Shown here in pieces: positions 63,821 to 64,000 of a stretch of 64,000 bases of DNA; the stretch's first letter is position 1, and each line of letters starts with the position of its first letter. Origin of the DNA: Laetmonice hystrix (Eukaryota). The stretch lies in contig OZ249448.1 of the NCBI GenBank assembly GCA_965235115.1, positions 23,436,001-23,500,000 of the forward strand, written 5' to 3'. The notes under the pieces were generated by a model, which saw nothing but the letters and a program-made list of their open reading frames with translations, did no database searches and was not told the DNA's origin. The position numbers and the translations under genes are program-made.

Positions 63821-63834
63821 GTTACCATGGCAAC
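63821..63834. promoter_or_regulatory. Canonical RFX X-box motif GTTACCATGGCAAC
   Basis: Seen: matches the established X-box consensus GTTNCCATGGNAAC. Function untested. Confidence 0.4.
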
Positions 63835-64000
63835 ACAAAAAAAACCCTGATGATTGAGGCAGCCCTGACCAAATGCTGGTGGTGACTGCCATCGGTTGTG
63901 GCAGCGAGTGGCAGGCACGTGGATTGACCCTTTCAGCGTCGTGTCAGTGAAGGTTAGGAAGGGGCAGATTGACGGTGGTAATATCGCAAGGACATTTTGT

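Noticed and set aside
63934-64000. Open frame after ccctttcag at the window end (VVSVKVRKGQIDGGNIARTFC)
   Set aside because: Phase-compatible but truncated by the window, with a weak acceptor and no recognisable TMEM132 motif.

Overview
Eukaryotic (animal, invertebrate-like) genomic DNA that is almost entirely intronic. No prokaryotic operon, rRNA, tRNA or CRISPR array is supported. The only confidently coding sequence is two plus-strand exons of a TMEM132-family gene (8676-9498 and 15023-15172), joined in frame by GT-AG sites. The signal-peptide exon probably lies upstream of the window, and I could not recognise the next conserved exon before 64000, so the intron after 15172 may exceed 48 kb. 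That intron holds two frame-preserving phase-2 microexon candidates: 29729-29758 (30 nt) and 40190-40231 (42 nt). The second starts at a polypyrimidine-CAG|GTATGT junction, the architecture of a recursive-splicing ratchet point with an RS-exon. About 18% of the window (about 11.8 kb by my count) consists of 16 mutually unrelated tandem arrays with units of 17-112 bp. Also present: a MITE-like family with CCCC(A/C)NGGTAA-type inverted ends and telomere-like TTAGGG/CCCTAA interiors, a 144-bp near-perfect palindrome, a 52-bp hairpin flanked by a 9-bp direct repeat, and apparent enrichment of RFX X-box and CTCF-like motifs. Most ORFs in the supplied track are repeat translations or chance ORFs. 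I see no evidence of a new multi-gene system. The best leads are the splicing architecture of the TMEM132 intron and the repeat-carrying MITE family. The host lineage (possibly a lophotrochozoan) is an inference only.
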